Part shown: positions 1 through 10,140 of the stretch, piece by piece
How positions within the stretch are numbered: the first letter of the stretch is position 1
Layout: every line of letters begins with the position of its first letter
Source of the DNA: an uncultured cyanobacterium
GTDB taxonomy: Bacteria > Cyanobacteriota > Cyanobacteriia > Phormidesmidales > Phormidesmidaceae
Reading direction: 5' to 3'
Assembly (NCBI GenBank): GCA_963793265.1
Contig: CAWBZI010000006.1
Span: 480,001-544,000, forward strand
Length of the DNA: 64,000 nucleotides
Notes under the pieces: model-generated
The model's database searches: none
What the model saw: only the letters and a program-made list of their open reading frames with translations
Told to the model about the DNA's origin: nothing
Translations under genes and position numbers: made by a program

Positions 1-28
1 GGGAGTTGGCCTTTGGCTCATCGTAAGG

Positions 29-634
29 ATGGTAGGAAAAGAAGATGCTATTAAGCAGCTCAGGTGGTTTTGGCCACTGCTGCTTTTTATCTTCGTACAG
101 TCTTTTTTGATGTCGTATTTTGATGAATGGCTTGGGATTGTTTACTTCGCATATATAGCTATCTTTAGCGCTTGGTTTGTAAGCTGGCCATTTCGCAAAC
201 GAGAAGCAGGCCGCTTGCTGCTAGATGCTGGGAAGCCGACTGCCTTTAAATATATCTTTTGGGGCGGGGTGATATTTAGCGTGATCGCCCTCATCACCAC
301 GATCACTTTCCTGCTAAGTAACGAACCCATCTCAGCTCTCTTCTTCAAAGAAGACATTGCCGCCTTTTGGATGCTAGCTATCTTCGGCCTTTCTATTGGA
401 TCGACTCGATTAGAAGTGAGAGAAAACGGTATTTGCAATGTTTACAGGGTGGCTCTTTGGCGGCGAATGAGGGCTTACGAATGGGGAGGTAAGAGAACTA
501 ATATGCTGACGATTAAGTACAAACCTCGGCTTCGGTTTATGCCCGGCTTTATAGGCTTTGATGTTTCACCGCGCTATCGCGAAGAGATCGATAGGATAGT
601 TGCGACACATGTGCCTGATGCCCCGATGCCGTAA
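29..634 (+). CDS. hypothetical integral membrane protein
   Basis: 201 aa ORF, about 4 hydrophobic segments plus a soluble C-terminal domain; no family recognised. Confidence 0.6.
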   Translation: MVGKEDAIKQLRWFWPLLLFIFVQSFLMSYFDEWLGIVYFAYIAIFSAWFVSWPFRKREAGRLLLDAGKPTAFKYIFWGGVIFSVIALITTITFLLSNEPISALFFKEDIAAFWMLAIFGLSIGSTRLEVRENGICNVYRVALWRRMRAYEWGGKRTNMLTIKYKPRLRFMPGFIGFDVSPRYREEIDRIVATHVPDAPMP

Positions 635-709
635 GCATAATCTCCCTGAAAAGCAAAGCCTAAGCAACATCCAAGCATCGTCAGCAAAACTGTAGGGGCG
701 TAAGGCTCT

Positions 710-907
710 CATTGGTGTCAACTTAAGCATGTATCCCTCGTGGCGTAAGCTGCTCAGCCCTCATCCTAAATCCTTCTCCCGAGGGGAGAAGGACTTCAGA
801 GTCCGGGTTCCCTTCTCCCGAGGGGAGAAGGGCTAGGGATGAGGGCTACGAAACGTATGCTGAACACCTATGACTGCAAGCATTTCAGCGTTAAGTTGAC
901 ACCAATG
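710..907. mobile_element. MITE (198 bp) with 17-bp perfect TIRs and 8-bp target-site duplication
   Basis: CATTGGTGTCAACTTAA (710-726) / TTAAGTTGACACCAATG (891-907); AAGGCTCT flanks both sides (702-709, 908-915); no transposase. Confidence 0.9.
756..847. repeat. palindromic dispersed repeat (CCCTC...CTCCC-GGGAG...GAGGG type) nested in the MITE
   Basis: AGCCCTCATCC...GGATGAGGGCT outer stem enclosing two CCTTCTCCCGAGGGGAGAAGG hairpins. Confidence 0.85.
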
Positions 908-913
908 AAGGCT

Positions 914-1888
914 CTACGCCCTCCGGCGCAGAATGTTCCTCTTATCCAAAAAAGCAAGCTGCCGGTAAAGCATCTGCATCGCCGGAACCGAAACGTTGAG
1001 GGCATTAGCCACATCAATAGGATTACCTAAAATTGCCTTAAGCTCTAAAGGACGCCCCTCGTCGTAGTCAATTTTCATGCTAGTGCGATAGGGCGTCATG
1101 GCTTCGGTTTGCTTCAACATGATATCTACCCAGCCAGAAGGGAGACTGCGATGAGTGCCTGGTGAAGTGTGCTCGCCCCAAGCATTCGCGACAGTGATCA
1201 CTTCTTTCATGAGTAAGGTGATGAGCGATCGCACCCTATCATCTGTCATCATCTCGTCGGTTGTCGCATTCAAAACAACAGATAGCCCATTATAAGGAAC
1301 ATTCCACACCAGCTTTTTCCACCGCGCCATCGGCAAATCTTCAGTCGTCTCCACTTCGATGCCTGCCGCCGCTAAATCAGCAGCGATGCTTTCTACCAAA
1401 GGCGTTATCTGACAAGTCTGCTTATTAGCATTGTGGATACCGAGTAGCACCCGACCGTATTCCAGATGGTGAATATGCCCCGGCGTAACTCTATTGACAC
1501 AAACAAAACAGAGTCCGCCGACAAGCGTTAGTTCAGAATTGATCTGCTGAGACACCTCAGCTTCTATATTTAGCCCGTTTTGAAAAAGAACGACGGCCCC
1601 GCCTGGATTTATCTTTGGTAGTAGCTCAGCAATCCGATGGTTCTGAGTTGTCTTGGTGGCCACAATCGCCACATCAACTGGCGGCATCTGATTAGGATGG
1701 TTGTAGGCGTTTACGTCAGGGAGAACAAAGTCGCCATCTGCCGACTTGATGACCAAACCGTTCTCTCGTACGTACTCATAATCGCTGCGCAACAGAAAAT
1801 GCATATCGCAGCCGGACTGTTGAAGCCTCGCACCATAGTAGCTACCAATCGCGCCAGCTCCAATGATTGCGTATCGAAGATTAGACAC
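914..1888 (-). CDS. panE: 2-dehydropantoate 2-reductase (ApbA/PanE family)
   Basis: N-terminal GAGAIG Rossmann motif, QNG, WKKLVWN, TSMKIDY..GRPLE motifs. Confidence 0.85.
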   Translation of the reverse strand: MSNLRYAIIGAGAIGSYYGARLQQSGCDMHFLLRSDYEYVRENGLVIKSADGDFVLPDVNAYNHPNQMPPVDVAIVATKTTQNHRIAELLPKINPGGAVVLFQNGLNIEAEVSQQINSELTLVGGLCFVCVNRVTPGHIHHLEYGRVLLGIHNANKQTCQITPLVESIAADLAAAGIEVETTEDLPMARWKKLVWNVPYNGLSVVLNATTDEMMTDDRVRSLITLLMKEVITVANAWGEHTSPGTHRSLPSGWVDIMLKQTEAMTPYRTSMKIDYDEGRPLELKAILGNPIDVANALNVSVPAMQMLYRQLAFLDKRNILRRRA

Positions 1889-2528
1889 TTAGTTGCTCCA
1901 ACGCCCACTGCGCTCGTGCTTGAACGGCTAAAACCTCATCTTGATTAGAAAGATCGCTTAGCCCTTTGACGATGCCATTGATCAAACTCGTCTGTCCGTC
2001 TGCTGCTAGTGCGATCGCCACCCCCTGCAAACCCACAATCCCGCCATAGCGAACCACCCACTCAGGATCATTCGTCACCACTTTCAGCAGCGTATCTCTC
2101 ACACTTTGCTGTCCTTTGCGTCGCTCATCTTCAGGCAGCTTTTCCCACTGAATTGCCCCTAATCCTCTGGCCGCCGCCCGCCGTACGCTCAGCGAAAAAT
2201 CCTCAGCCGCCGTCTCCAATATCAAATCGAGCCCACGCGGATCGCCAATGCCTGCAAGCACCCGCAGCGCCCAAGCCCTTGCCCCGTAGTTATAGCCGTC
2301 TATCTGCGCTAGCACTGCCGAAGCCGCAGGCGTCCCAATTTGAATCAGGCCATCTACTGCCGCCACCGCTGCACCTGGGTTGTTGTAGCCCAGCACCCGA
2401 ATTAACGAATCGGTTGCACCTTCGTCTTTCAGTTCAGCAAGCGCCTCTACCGCATCGATCATGGACTGTGCTGAGTCAGCCTCTTCTACGGCTCGGAGTC
2501 TAGTGTGGAGGGCTGTATTCGTCATCAC
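1881..2528 (-). CDS. cpcF: phycocyanin alpha-subunit bilin lyase CpcF
   Basis: LGYNNPGAAVAAVDGL, DGYNYGARAWA, DFSLSVRRAAARGLG; follows cpcE. Confidence 0.9.
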   Translation of the reverse strand: MMTNTALHTRLRAVEEADSAQSMIDAVEALAELKDEGATDSLIRVLGYNNPGAAVAAVDGLIQIGTPAASAVLAQIDGYNYGARAWALRVLAGIGDPRGLDLILETAAEDFSLSVRRAAARGLGAIQWEKLPEDERRKGQQSVRDTLLKVVTNDPEWVVRYGGIVGLQGVAIALAADGQTSLINGIVKGLSDLSNQDEVLAVQARAQWALEQLSV

Positions 2529-3349
2529 AACAAAGAATCCATCAAAGCCATTACTTTTTTAGTCTGCTCAGTCACCAAAGCCTCAGACTGCCGAATCTCT
2601 CTTTCTAGCAGTCCTTTAAGCGCAATTAGTTTAATGCTGTTCTCGGCTAGGGTGTTCGCGATCGCCTCAGCCGCAGGTAGATACCCAATCTCTCCTAAAT
2701 CTAACAGAATTGATCGGCGCAACTGCAAGTCATCGCACCTGAGCGTATCTACCAGCCGGTCAGCATAATGATTCTCACCCGTGAGCTGATACATCGCCCG
2801 CGCTGCTGCGTTCTTCACCTGTGGCACCTCATGCGCCAAAAAAGGTTCAATCGCGGTCACATTCGACCTATCACCCAAACTTCCTAACGCCTCTAATACT
2901 GCATTGTAAGGCTGCACTAAATGCGGCTTTCCAGGCACCTCAATCGCCGCTTCAAGGCCACCTTCCAACAGCTTCAATAAGTCGCTAACACTCTCTTTTG
3001 CATTCAACGACTCTAAAGACTGCGCGGCTGCTTCACGCACATAATAATCAGAACAGGTCAGGCATTCAACCAAAGCAGGAATAACGCTTGGGTCTTCTAA
3101 TTTGCCGAGTGCTCGTGCCGCATTTCTTCGTAGAGGAAAGCCACCATCAGTATCGCGATCGCTTTCATCTCTTAATGCTTCAAGTAACGCTGTGATCGCA
3201 TCAGGCTCTTTCACCTGAAACCGTCCTAGCCACCAGGCGGCATAGTAGCGATCGCCCTTGTCCTCTGTTTGCTGAAGGTTCGCGATCGCCTTAGCCACCG
3301 TAAGCTGAGGCCCACCACCGTCTTGTACCTCTATCTGTGACTCCGCCAT
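2525..3349 (-). CDS. cpcE: phycocyanin alpha-subunit bilin lyase CpcE
   Basis: RYYAAWWLG, GGFPLRRNAARALG, ENSIKLIALKG; downstream of cpcA. Confidence 0.92.
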   Translation of the reverse strand: MAESQIEVQDGGGPQLTVAKAIANLQQTEDKGDRYYAAWWLGRFQVKEPDAITALLEALRDESDRDTDGGFPLRRNAARALGKLEDPSVIPALVECLTCSDYYVREAAAQSLESLNAKESVSDLLKLLEGGLEAAIEVPGKPHLVQPYNAVLEALGSLGDRSNVTAIEPFLAHEVPQVKNAAARAMYQLTGENHYADRLVDTLRCDDLQLRRSILLDLGEIGYLPAAEAIANTLAENSIKLIALKGLLEREIRQSEALVTEQTKKVMALMDSLL

Positions 3350-3526
3350 CGCACCGCTTATCTAATCGCCTAAACCCAACCACTCACCAAAACACCCGCC
3401 AATAGCAAACCCAGAGAAACAAACAACCACTAGACGCTTCCAGTAATCGCATATCTCTCTGGGTGATAAATTGAGGCTCAAACCGTCTGATACTTAAATC
3501 AAAGGCTAAAACGTCAATTTAGCTGG

Positions 3527-4015
3527 TTAGCTGAGAACGTTAATTGCGTAGTTGATGTAGTTGTTAGCTTCAGTTGCAGGCACACCACTCAAACCGTGGT
3601 TTTCTCTGATGTACTTAAGCGCTTCTATATACCAGCTAGGCGCAAGGTCAAAGGTCTTGTTGATTTCAGCAAGGCCAGATACCAAGTAGTCATCCATGGG
3701 GCCAGTGCCGCCAACGATGAGGCAGTAGGTAATCATGCGGAGGTAGTAGCCGATGTCACGAACGCACTTGTCTTTGCCGCGCTGATCAGCCGCGTACTGA
3801 GGCCCTTGCATCTGCGTGGTGTAAGGGAACTTGCTGTAAACAGCTTGAGCCGCACCAGACGCTAGGCTATCAGCATTCTGAGTGAGCTTGCGGGCAGCTT
3901 CTAGGCTGTCTTTCGCTTGCTGAAAACGACCAAATGCAACCTGCATTTCAGTCGAGCTTAGAAAGCGACCCTGTGAATCAGCAGCCGAGACTGCTTCGGT
4001 CAGAGGAGTTTTCAT
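3527..4015 (-). CDS. cpcA: phycocyanin alpha subunit
   Basis: [24 protein letters not shown] chromophore Cys, 162 aa. Confidence 0.97.
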   Translation of the reverse strand: MKTPLTEAVSAADSQGRFLSSTEMQVAFGRFQQAKDSLEAARKLTQNADSLASGAAQAVYSKFPYTTQMQGPQYAADQRGKDKCVRDIGYYLRMITYCLIVGGTGPMDDYLVSGLAEINKTFDLAPSWYIEALKYIRENHGLSGVPATEANNYINYAINVLS

Positions 4016-4112
4016 CGGTAAGGATCTCCCAATCTTGAGGTGAACAATTCTTGAGTATGGAACCGGCTATTGCTAGCCACATTGCTAGCCACAAATGCCT
4101 AAGCTACGGGGC

Positions 4113-4631
4113 CTAAGCTACAGCAGCGGCTGCACGGTCAAAGTAACCACTGATTTCAGCAATCAGGCTGCTGCAATCACCGTTGGTTACGTTGCTGTTG
4201 TCGCTCACGATTGCGATCGCAGCAGCTTTCATCTTTTGAACGCCAGCGGCAACAGAAGCGCCGGGAGTGCCCAAAGCAATGTAAGTTTCGCGAAGGCCGT
4301 TCAAGCAGCGATCGTCAAGCACGGAAGCATCACCAGAGAATGCTGCGTAAGTGACATAGCGTAGAATGATTTCCATGTCGCGGAGGCAAGCAGCCATACG
4401 ACGAGACGTGTAAGCGTTACCGCCGGGCTGAATGAGCTGAGGCTGGTCAGCAAACAAAGAACGAGCAGCGTTAGCAACAATTGCAGAAGCATTGCTAGTG
4501 ATGCCGTTAACGGCGTCCATTCTCTTGTTGCCGTCAGCAACCATTTGATCTAGCGCGTCTAGAGTAGAGCCGGTAATGTATTCGCCCCGAGCATCAGCTT
4601 GGGATACAACTTTAGCAAACGCATCAAACAT
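4113..4631 (-). CDS. cpcB: phycocyanin beta subunit
   Basis: [24 protein letters not shown], 172 aa. Confidence 0.97.
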   Translation of the reverse strand: MFDAFAKVVSQADARGEYITGSTLDALDQMVADGNKRMDAVNGITSNASAIVANAARSLFADQPQLIQPGGNAYTSRRMAACLRDMEIILRYVTYAAFSGDASVLDDRCLNGLRETYIALGTPGASVAAGVQKMKAAAIAIVSDNSNVTNGDCSSLIAEISGYFDRAAAAVA

Positions 4632-4923
4632 AGATCCGAATTCTCCTAATATTTGATAACTGGAACAAAGGCTCGGATGCCCACTGTTCCCACTCTAAAA
4701 GAGTAAAGCGTATACGCCGCGTATCTAAGAAAGTTTAAGAAAGTTCACAAAACGCTTGAGGGCGTCAATCACCCATGGGGCATACGTTCAAGTTGATTAT
4801 GTGTTAATCATTTGGCGGGCAAAAATAAGCAAAAGTACTTATGCGAACATTTTTGCGTTACAAAATGAGCGACGTTTGGGCCTAATTTGCTGCGCTGAAT
4901 TTTCCCGGTCGTAATCGCTAAAC

Positions 4924-5727
4924 TCAAGCAGCCGATGAAGTGGCAACGCGCGGATCTTTCTCTAAATCAAACAGAAACCCATGAATATATTCTTCTGTCC
5001 ATTCAGGGCCATAAAAGCGGGTGAGCATTCCCCTAGCCGGATCTTTCTCAGCTCGATAGCGAGCATAGCTGAGATGCGACTGCTTAATCGCCTCTAACCT
5101 ATCTGGATCGGTAATAGGCTCGGCCTTTTGCACAAAGTTGATATATGCCTTCAAGTAGTCTTGAAAAGCCTCGAATACGTGCGTTTTTACGTCTTCTGTT
5201 TCTGATGGGCGCGTCCACAAAAAAGCGGGTGAGAAGAAAGCCTGCGCTTCTTCAGGGAAGTCACCGCCCCAAGGCAAATGCTGCTGATAGCCGTGGAACA
5301 TATCCATAATCGGCTGGCTGTACTTGGCCTTGTAGTCGTCTGTTTGAAAGAGCGGCTGCATGTCGAGGGCAATCAGGTGTCCGCCCGGTAGCGTTACAAG
5401 GTCTGCGCCAAAGAAGGGAATGTCGTAGTTTAGCTCGGGGAAGATGACGAAGTTGAGTACCTGAAGTGCTTCGCCGCCCTGCACATGTGCGGCTCGAATC
5501 TGTCTAAGCTTGGGCGCTTTTGATCCGTAGCTGGTGGTGGTGACGGTGGCCTGGCGTTTGCCTTTGCCGGTGATGGCGCTCTTTTGCTCGAAGCCTGCCG
5601 GGATGGGGTAGGGACTGAGTTCGAGTTCGTTGGTTAGTAGGGCGATCGCTCGCGCTAAAAACGGCTCGTATATTGTTCCTAAAGGTGTTCCTGAAGATGT
5701 CTCTGTAGGTGTTTCTGCTGCACTCAT
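4924..5727 (-). CDS. pebB: phycoerythrobilin:ferredoxin oxidoreductase
   Basis: [30 protein letters not shown] ferredoxin-dependent bilin reductase motifs; downstream of pebA. Confidence 0.93.
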   Translation of the reverse strand: MSAAETPTETSSGTPLGTIYEPFLARAIALLTNELELSPYPIPAGFEQKSAITGKGKRQATVTTTSYGSKAPKLRQIRAAHVQGGEALQVLNFVIFPELNYDIPFFGADLVTLPGGHLIALDMQPLFQTDDYKAKYSQPIMDMFHGYQQHLPWGGDFPEEAQAFFSPAFLWTRPSETEDVKTHVFEAFQDYLKAYINFVQKAEPITDPDRLEAIKQSHLSYARYRAEKDPARGMLTRFYGPEWTEEYIHGFLFDLEKDPRVATSSAA

Positions 5728-6458
5728 TACTTACTCACACTGACTGCCAACGGCACCGCATCTTCAAACAAGAATTCGTGCAGAAACTTCTCAGACCACT
5801 CATGACCGAAGTAGCTGCTAAACAATCCTGAGGCCGGATCGCGATCGGCGCTGTACTGATCGTAGTCGCGCTGAGCTTTAGCAATTCTCTCTATAGAAGC
5901 GCTGCTGCTATCAGGCGTCGCTGCGTCCATCATTTCCCAATAGAGCTGAAGATAGTCCTTAAAAGCTTCCAATACTCGAGTTTGAACGGTTTCTGGGTCG
6001 GTCTTGGCAAACAACAGATATTTAGAGAAATATTGATTGGCGTCATAAAACTTCATCTCTAAGTTTTGCGACAAATCGGGATACTTATCGTGGAGTGCCT
6101 TGAGCGGAGTAATGTACTTTTCTTTGTAGGCTTCGTCTTGAAAGAGCGGCTGAAAATCCATCACAATAAGATTTTTCACAGCGCCGAAAGAGAGAAAATC
6201 TATGCCTAGCAAAGGCAGTTCGTAGGCATGACTAGGATAGATAACGCTGTTAAAAATTTGGGCGCTTTTGCCTGCATCAATGTAGGTATAGCGGGCTTTA
6301 CGCAGCTCTTTAGACTGGTAGCACCAGCTTTGAATCGTCGCGGGGTGACGGCCTCTTTCGCTGATATTACATTCTAGACCTGCGGGAATCGGGCGCTCGC
6401 TCAGGTCAAATCTCTGTTTAAGGGCGTTTTCTAAATGCTCTAGGAAAGGGCGATACAT
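5727..6458 (-). CDS. pebA: 15,16-dihydrobiliverdin:ferredoxin oxidoreductase
   Basis: [27 protein letters not shown]; start trimmed to MYRPF. Confidence 0.93.
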   Translation of the reverse strand: MYRPFLEHLENALKQRFDLSERPIPAGLECNISERGRHPATIQSWCYQSKELRKARYTYIDAGKSAQIFNSVIYPSHAYELPLLGIDFLSFGAVKNLIVMDFQPLFQDEAYKEKYITPLKALHDKYPDLSQNLEMKFYDANQYFSKYLLFAKTDPETVQTRVLEAFKDYLQLYWEMMDAATPDSSSASIERIAKAQRDYDQYSADRDPASGLFSSYFGHEWSEKFLHEFLFEDAVPLAVSVSK

Positions 6459-6579
6459 TTTCCAGCCGGTTTTCTTATAAGGACAGAGTTGTTTAAAGAC
6501 AGCTCGCCTCATCACAATACGAGATTCCGTCTGTGTCCGCCCCAAGTATTAAAGACAAAGATACATTCCTTAATAGTCG

Positions 6580-7164
6580 CTATTGTGCCGCGCCAACTTC
6601 GTGCCTAGCTGCCATTGCCGAAACGTCTTCGGGTGTGATGAAGCGCTTTTCGGAGCAGTAGGTCATCAGATTAACGCCGCCCATCATGCGCGCGGTGCTG
6701 ACACGGACGCGAAAGTCGTCGGTAAGAAACCAGCAGCGTTCTTGGCCCTGGTTGGTTTCGTAATCGGTGTCGATAGTAAGTACGCCGTCTTGGCCGAACC
6801 AGTAGCGGCTGACGACGGTCATGGTTTCTACGTAGCCGCGATCGCGCACTAGCTTCCCCGACCGTCCGCTCTCATCATCCGGCACATCTACCAGCACCGC
6901 TGCTGAAGAAGGTGGCGCATCGTCTGCAAGGTTGGCCTGCCAGGCAAAAGAAGCGCCGCCAGCGGCTAGGCTTGGATCAATATTTTGCGACTTACAGATG
7001 TCAATTACGCGGCGATCGCTCGCATCCACCACGCCCACAATCAGATTAGATTCTCCCGACTCGTCAGCGACCACATCAAAGTGATGCACCGTCCGCTGAG
7101 TAAACCAGGTGCCTTCGCTTTTACGAAAGAAGGCCATCATCGACATGGGTGGATTTAAGAGCAT
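6580..7164 (-). CDS. cpeU: CpcS/CpeS-family bilin lyase CpeU
   Basis: FFRKSEGTWFTQRTVHHFD..DESGESNL; immediately upstream of pebAB. Confidence 0.8.
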   Translation of the reverse strand: MLLNPPMSMMAFFRKSEGTWFTQRTVHHFDVVADESGESNLIVGVVDASDRRVIDICKSQNIDPSLAAGGASFAWQANLADDAPPSSAAVLVDVPDDESGRSGKLVRDRGYVETMTVVSRYWFGQDGVLTIDTDYETNQGQERCWFLTDDFRVRVSTARMMGGVNLMTYCSEKRFITPEDVSAMAARHEVGAAQ

Positions 7165-7190
7165 ATTTTAATTATCCGAATGAATTGAGC

Positions 7191-7445
7191 TTAAAGAGAC
7201 TTCGACTCGATATATTCATCGAATGTAATGTAGTCGCCGGAGGCACATTCTGCTTTAGCAATTTTTATCTCTGCAAGCGTCTCTTCGCTCTCCTCGTAGT
7301 GTTCGTCTTCATACTCCAGAATCTGTCTATCTAGAATGTCGGCAAGCTTATGCTTATCTTTAATGTCGAGTGCACTAACTGCTGCAACCAAAGTCTCAAT
7401 TGACATCGGCTCAGTCAGTTTATGAGATTTAACAGTTTTAGTCAT
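7191..7445 (-). CDS. small acidic hypothetical protein, antitoxin-like
   Basis: 84 aa; acidic C-terminus ending ..GDYITFDEY as in many type II antitoxin-like proteins; no adjacent toxin. Confidence 0.5.
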   Translation of the reverse strand: MTKTVKSHKLTEPMSIETLVAAVSALDIKDKHKLADILDRQILEYEDEHYEESEETLAEIKIAKAECASGDYITFDEYIESKSL

Positions 7446-7569
7446 TGCTAGAGGAATGGGCTAAACGCTATGTAACCCATAATAGGCTGTATGTCGTTTG
7501 ATAGCTGAACAGTTGTGTTGTAGCTAAGGAGTCTGCAATTCTATAAAGATAGTAATCTGCGATAGCTCA

Positions 7570-8388
7570 ATGACGGCTTCTAATCAACTGGACTCTACCG
7601 TAATCACTCCCTACGCAACACTCGCAAACGCTGACCTATCAGGAGCCGACCTTTCAAACCAAGATCTCTACCGAGCGAACTTATTTGGTGCGAACTTATC
7701 TGGTGCAAACCTATCTAGTGCTGGTTTAGTAGGTGCTGATCTTTCTCGCTCAAATCTATCTAATGCAAACTTGCAGCAAGCGGATTTACGGGGCGCTAGC
7801 CTGTGCAGAGTAAATTTTGAAAATGCTAATTTAACGCATGCCTATCTTTTTCGGGCTGACTTACAGAGCTGCGATCTTTCTAAGGCCGATATCACTGGCG
7901 CTAAGCTTAAGCTCTCGCTCTACGACAGTGAAACTCGGTGGCCAGAAGGATTTCGATATAAAAGCAGTGGGGCGGTAGGGCCGGGAGCCTCGCTGAATGG
8001 AGCCTATCTCAATACGGCTAACTTGAAAGGGGCCGATTTAAGCAGGGCGATGATGTTTGGTACTTACTTAAGCGGGGCGAATTTACAGGATGCGAACCTA
8101 TCAGGGGCAGCGCTGAGCGGGACAAATTTGCAAAAGGCGTTTCTGACTGGGGCGAATTTACAGGGCGCGAATTTGGGCGGTGCGGAGCTTCAGCGCTGCG
8201 ATTTGCGAGCAACGAATTTGACGGACGTGGATTTTTCGGCTGTAGGAAGTATTGCTGGGGCCGATTTTTCAGGAGCCGTTGGACTGACGGATGAAGGCCG
8301 ATCTCACCTGCTCCGCCATCCGTCAGCGGAGCTAGATGAATGGAATACATTCACCCGTAAAACGACCCGGCAAAGTTTAGAGGGCTAG
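7570..8388 (+). CDS. pentapeptide repeat protein
   Basis: two runs of A(D/N)Lxx repeats separated by YDSETRWPEGF. Confidence 0.9.
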   Translation: MTASNQLDSTVITPYATLANADLSGADLSNQDLYRANLFGANLSGANLSSAGLVGADLSRSNLSNANLQQADLRGASLCRVNFENANLTHAYLFRADLQSCDLSKADITGAKLKLSLYDSETRWPEGFRYKSSGAVGPGASLNGAYLNTANLKGADLSRAMMFGTYLSGANLQDANLSGAALSGTNLQKAFLTGANLQGANLGGAELQRCDLRATNLTDVDFSAVGSIAGADFSGAVGLTDEGRSHLLRHPSAELDEWNTFTRKTTRQSLEG

Positions 8389-8939
8389 ACGCGGGTTTCT
8401 AGATATTGACCAATCATGATTTCTTCGCCTGCGCGCGAGATGATGGTTTGGCGGGTGCGGTAGCTATCGCCAATCAGCTTAAGCTCTTCTTCAAAGGAGG
8501 AACCATTGTATTCAGTGCGCAAAACCATGGTTTTTTCGCCCGTGAATCTGTACTTAGCCGTCACTGGTTTGGGGGTGGCAAAGCCGCGATCTCGATACAT
8601 AACATCGCCTCGAATACCAAAAATCGTCTCGCCCACAGAGGGCTTTTTCGCAGGCGAAATATAGCTGCTCTCCCAGATCACCTTCGCGCCGCAGATCATC
8701 GGGACAGTTAGACCATGACGATCGCCTAGTACGGCTAATTCCTCGTGATCACCCTCTAAAAAGGAAACGCTAATGTCGCTCACCACTTCTTGCGTGTCGC
8801 CGCTGGCAAGCGTGTAGTAGCGGCGGCGAGAGCACCAGTTACCGGCTGACTGCTGAAAGAATGCGATCGCCCGTTCCTCAGTCTCAGTTAGATCAATTTG
8901 AGGGTAGGGCTGAAGGTTAGAAGGTGTAGACAGTAGCAT
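8385..8939 (-). CDS. CpcS/CpeS (Ycf58) family bilin lyase paralog
   Basis: FFQQSAGNWCSRRRYY, YRDRGF, RTRQTI pattern of the S/U-type beta-barrel. Confidence 0.75.
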   Translation of the reverse strand: MLLSTPSNLQPYPQIDLTETEERAIAFFQQSAGNWCSRRRYYTLASGDTQEVVSDISVSFLEGDHEELAVLGDRHGLTVPMICGAKVIWESSYISPAKKPSVGETIFGIRGDVMYRDRGFATPKPVTAKYRFTGEKTMVLRTEYNGSSFEEELKLIGDSYRTRQTIISRAGEEIMIGQYLETRV

Positions 8940-9097
8940 TGCGATCGCTCCTCAATAAGTCCGAAGTCAGTTCTGACCCCCATAAGTGAGTCAGCATATC
9001 CTGTAAATGAAACATTTATTTACATTAGACAAGATAGTCTATTTCTTCAAAGCCAGCAATCGACAGAGAGACATAAATCGATTTTTATCGTTCTTTT

Positions 9098-9760
9098 TCA
9101 GGAGGGCAGCAGGTCTTCTAGCGCAGCAGCAACGACTTTGTGGTGATCGTCCTGTCTGAGTTTGGAAAGGGCGTCTTTTGCTTTGGAAGCCTTAAAGGGT
9201 TTGAGGGCCTGGGCTAGGGCCATGCGCGATCGCCAGTTTGAACTCTCTAGCCAGGGCAGTAGAGCCTCTAAAGCGGCATCCGACTGAGGCGTACCAGCAA
9301 GTGTAGCTAAAGTTGCCATCCCTGCCTGCTGAATGGTTGCGTCCTTATCTTCAAGCGCTTCTAAGGCAATCTTTAAAAGCTGATCGGGCCTTTCTAGCTC
9401 TGGCATAATCGCTAAAATGCTGCGGCGCACTAGCCAATTTTCACTCTCGTAAAAAAGTTCCACTAAGCGGTCTACCGCAACCGGGCCGTATAGACCTAGC
9501 GAGTTAGCAATCTCAGCTTGAACGTTGTGGTCAGGCTCAGTTTTGAGCATTTCCAACAAGGCTTCGTAGCAGTCATCTGTGCGCTTGCGACCTAAGCCCA
9601 TCGCGACGAATGAGCGCACTAAAAACGCTGAATCTTTGCGCTGACCGATGAGAATGGGGGCTGCCTCTTCGCTGCTGTGATCTTTAAGGGCAACGAGTCC
9701 TTTGAGCCTGAGCTGAGGATCTTCGCTGGCCAGTAGGTTTTTTATTTCTGAAATATTCAT
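9098..9760 (-). CDS. nblB: phycobilisome degradation HEAT-repeat protein NblB
   Basis: FLVRSFVAMGLG, NWLVRRSILA, HHKVVAAALE. Confidence 0.75.
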   Translation of the reverse strand: MNISEIKNLLASEDPQLRLKGLVALKDHSSEEAAPILIGQRKDSAFLVRSFVAMGLGRKRTDDCYEALLEMLKTEPDHNVQAEIANSLGLYGPVAVDRLVELFYESENWLVRRSILAIMPELERPDQLLKIALEALEDKDATIQQAGMATLATLAGTPQSDAALEALLPWLESSNWRSRMALAQALKPFKASKAKDALSKLRQDDHHKVVAAALEDLLPS

Positions 9761-9872
9761 GGGACGCTCGGGCGTGAATGGGCTGTTATTTTGTGGTGTT
9801 ATTCTGAGTTGCGTTAGGCAAGTTTGATCTACTCTTGTTTTAAAGCGTTTTGGCCGAGAAGGTATCTAAACA

Positions 9873-10133
9873 ATGGCAGAGTCCGCCCAAGCAAATGAAT
9901 CTGTGGCTACGTCTATGGCTACGGAGGCCCCATCTTCTGAAGAGATTGCGCAGATGATCGCGGAGCTAGAAAAGTATCGCGATCGCCTCGTCGAAGATTT
10001 TACGACCACAGCCAAAAAGGCCAAGCTGCCTAAGTCTCTGGCAATGGCTCAACTCAAAACTCATCCCGAAATTGCGAAAATAGAAGCTTCTTTGGCGCAG
10101 CTACGCGGCGGCGCGCCAACTGAAGAGGCATAG
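9873..10133 (+). CDS. small conserved-type cyanobacterial hypothetical protein
   Basis: 86 aa coiled ORF (ELEKYRDRL..KKAKL..HPE) with RBS-like AGAAGG. Confidence 0.65.
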   Translation: MAESAQANESVATSMATEAPSSEEIAQMIAELEKYRDRLVEDFTTTAKKAKLPKSLAMAQLKTHPEIAKIEASLAQLRGGAPTEEA

Positions 10134-10140
10134 CATCCCT

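Noticed and set aside
839..1030. 63-aa plus-strand ORF
   Set aside because: Starts inside the MITE and runs antisense to panE; no recognisable features
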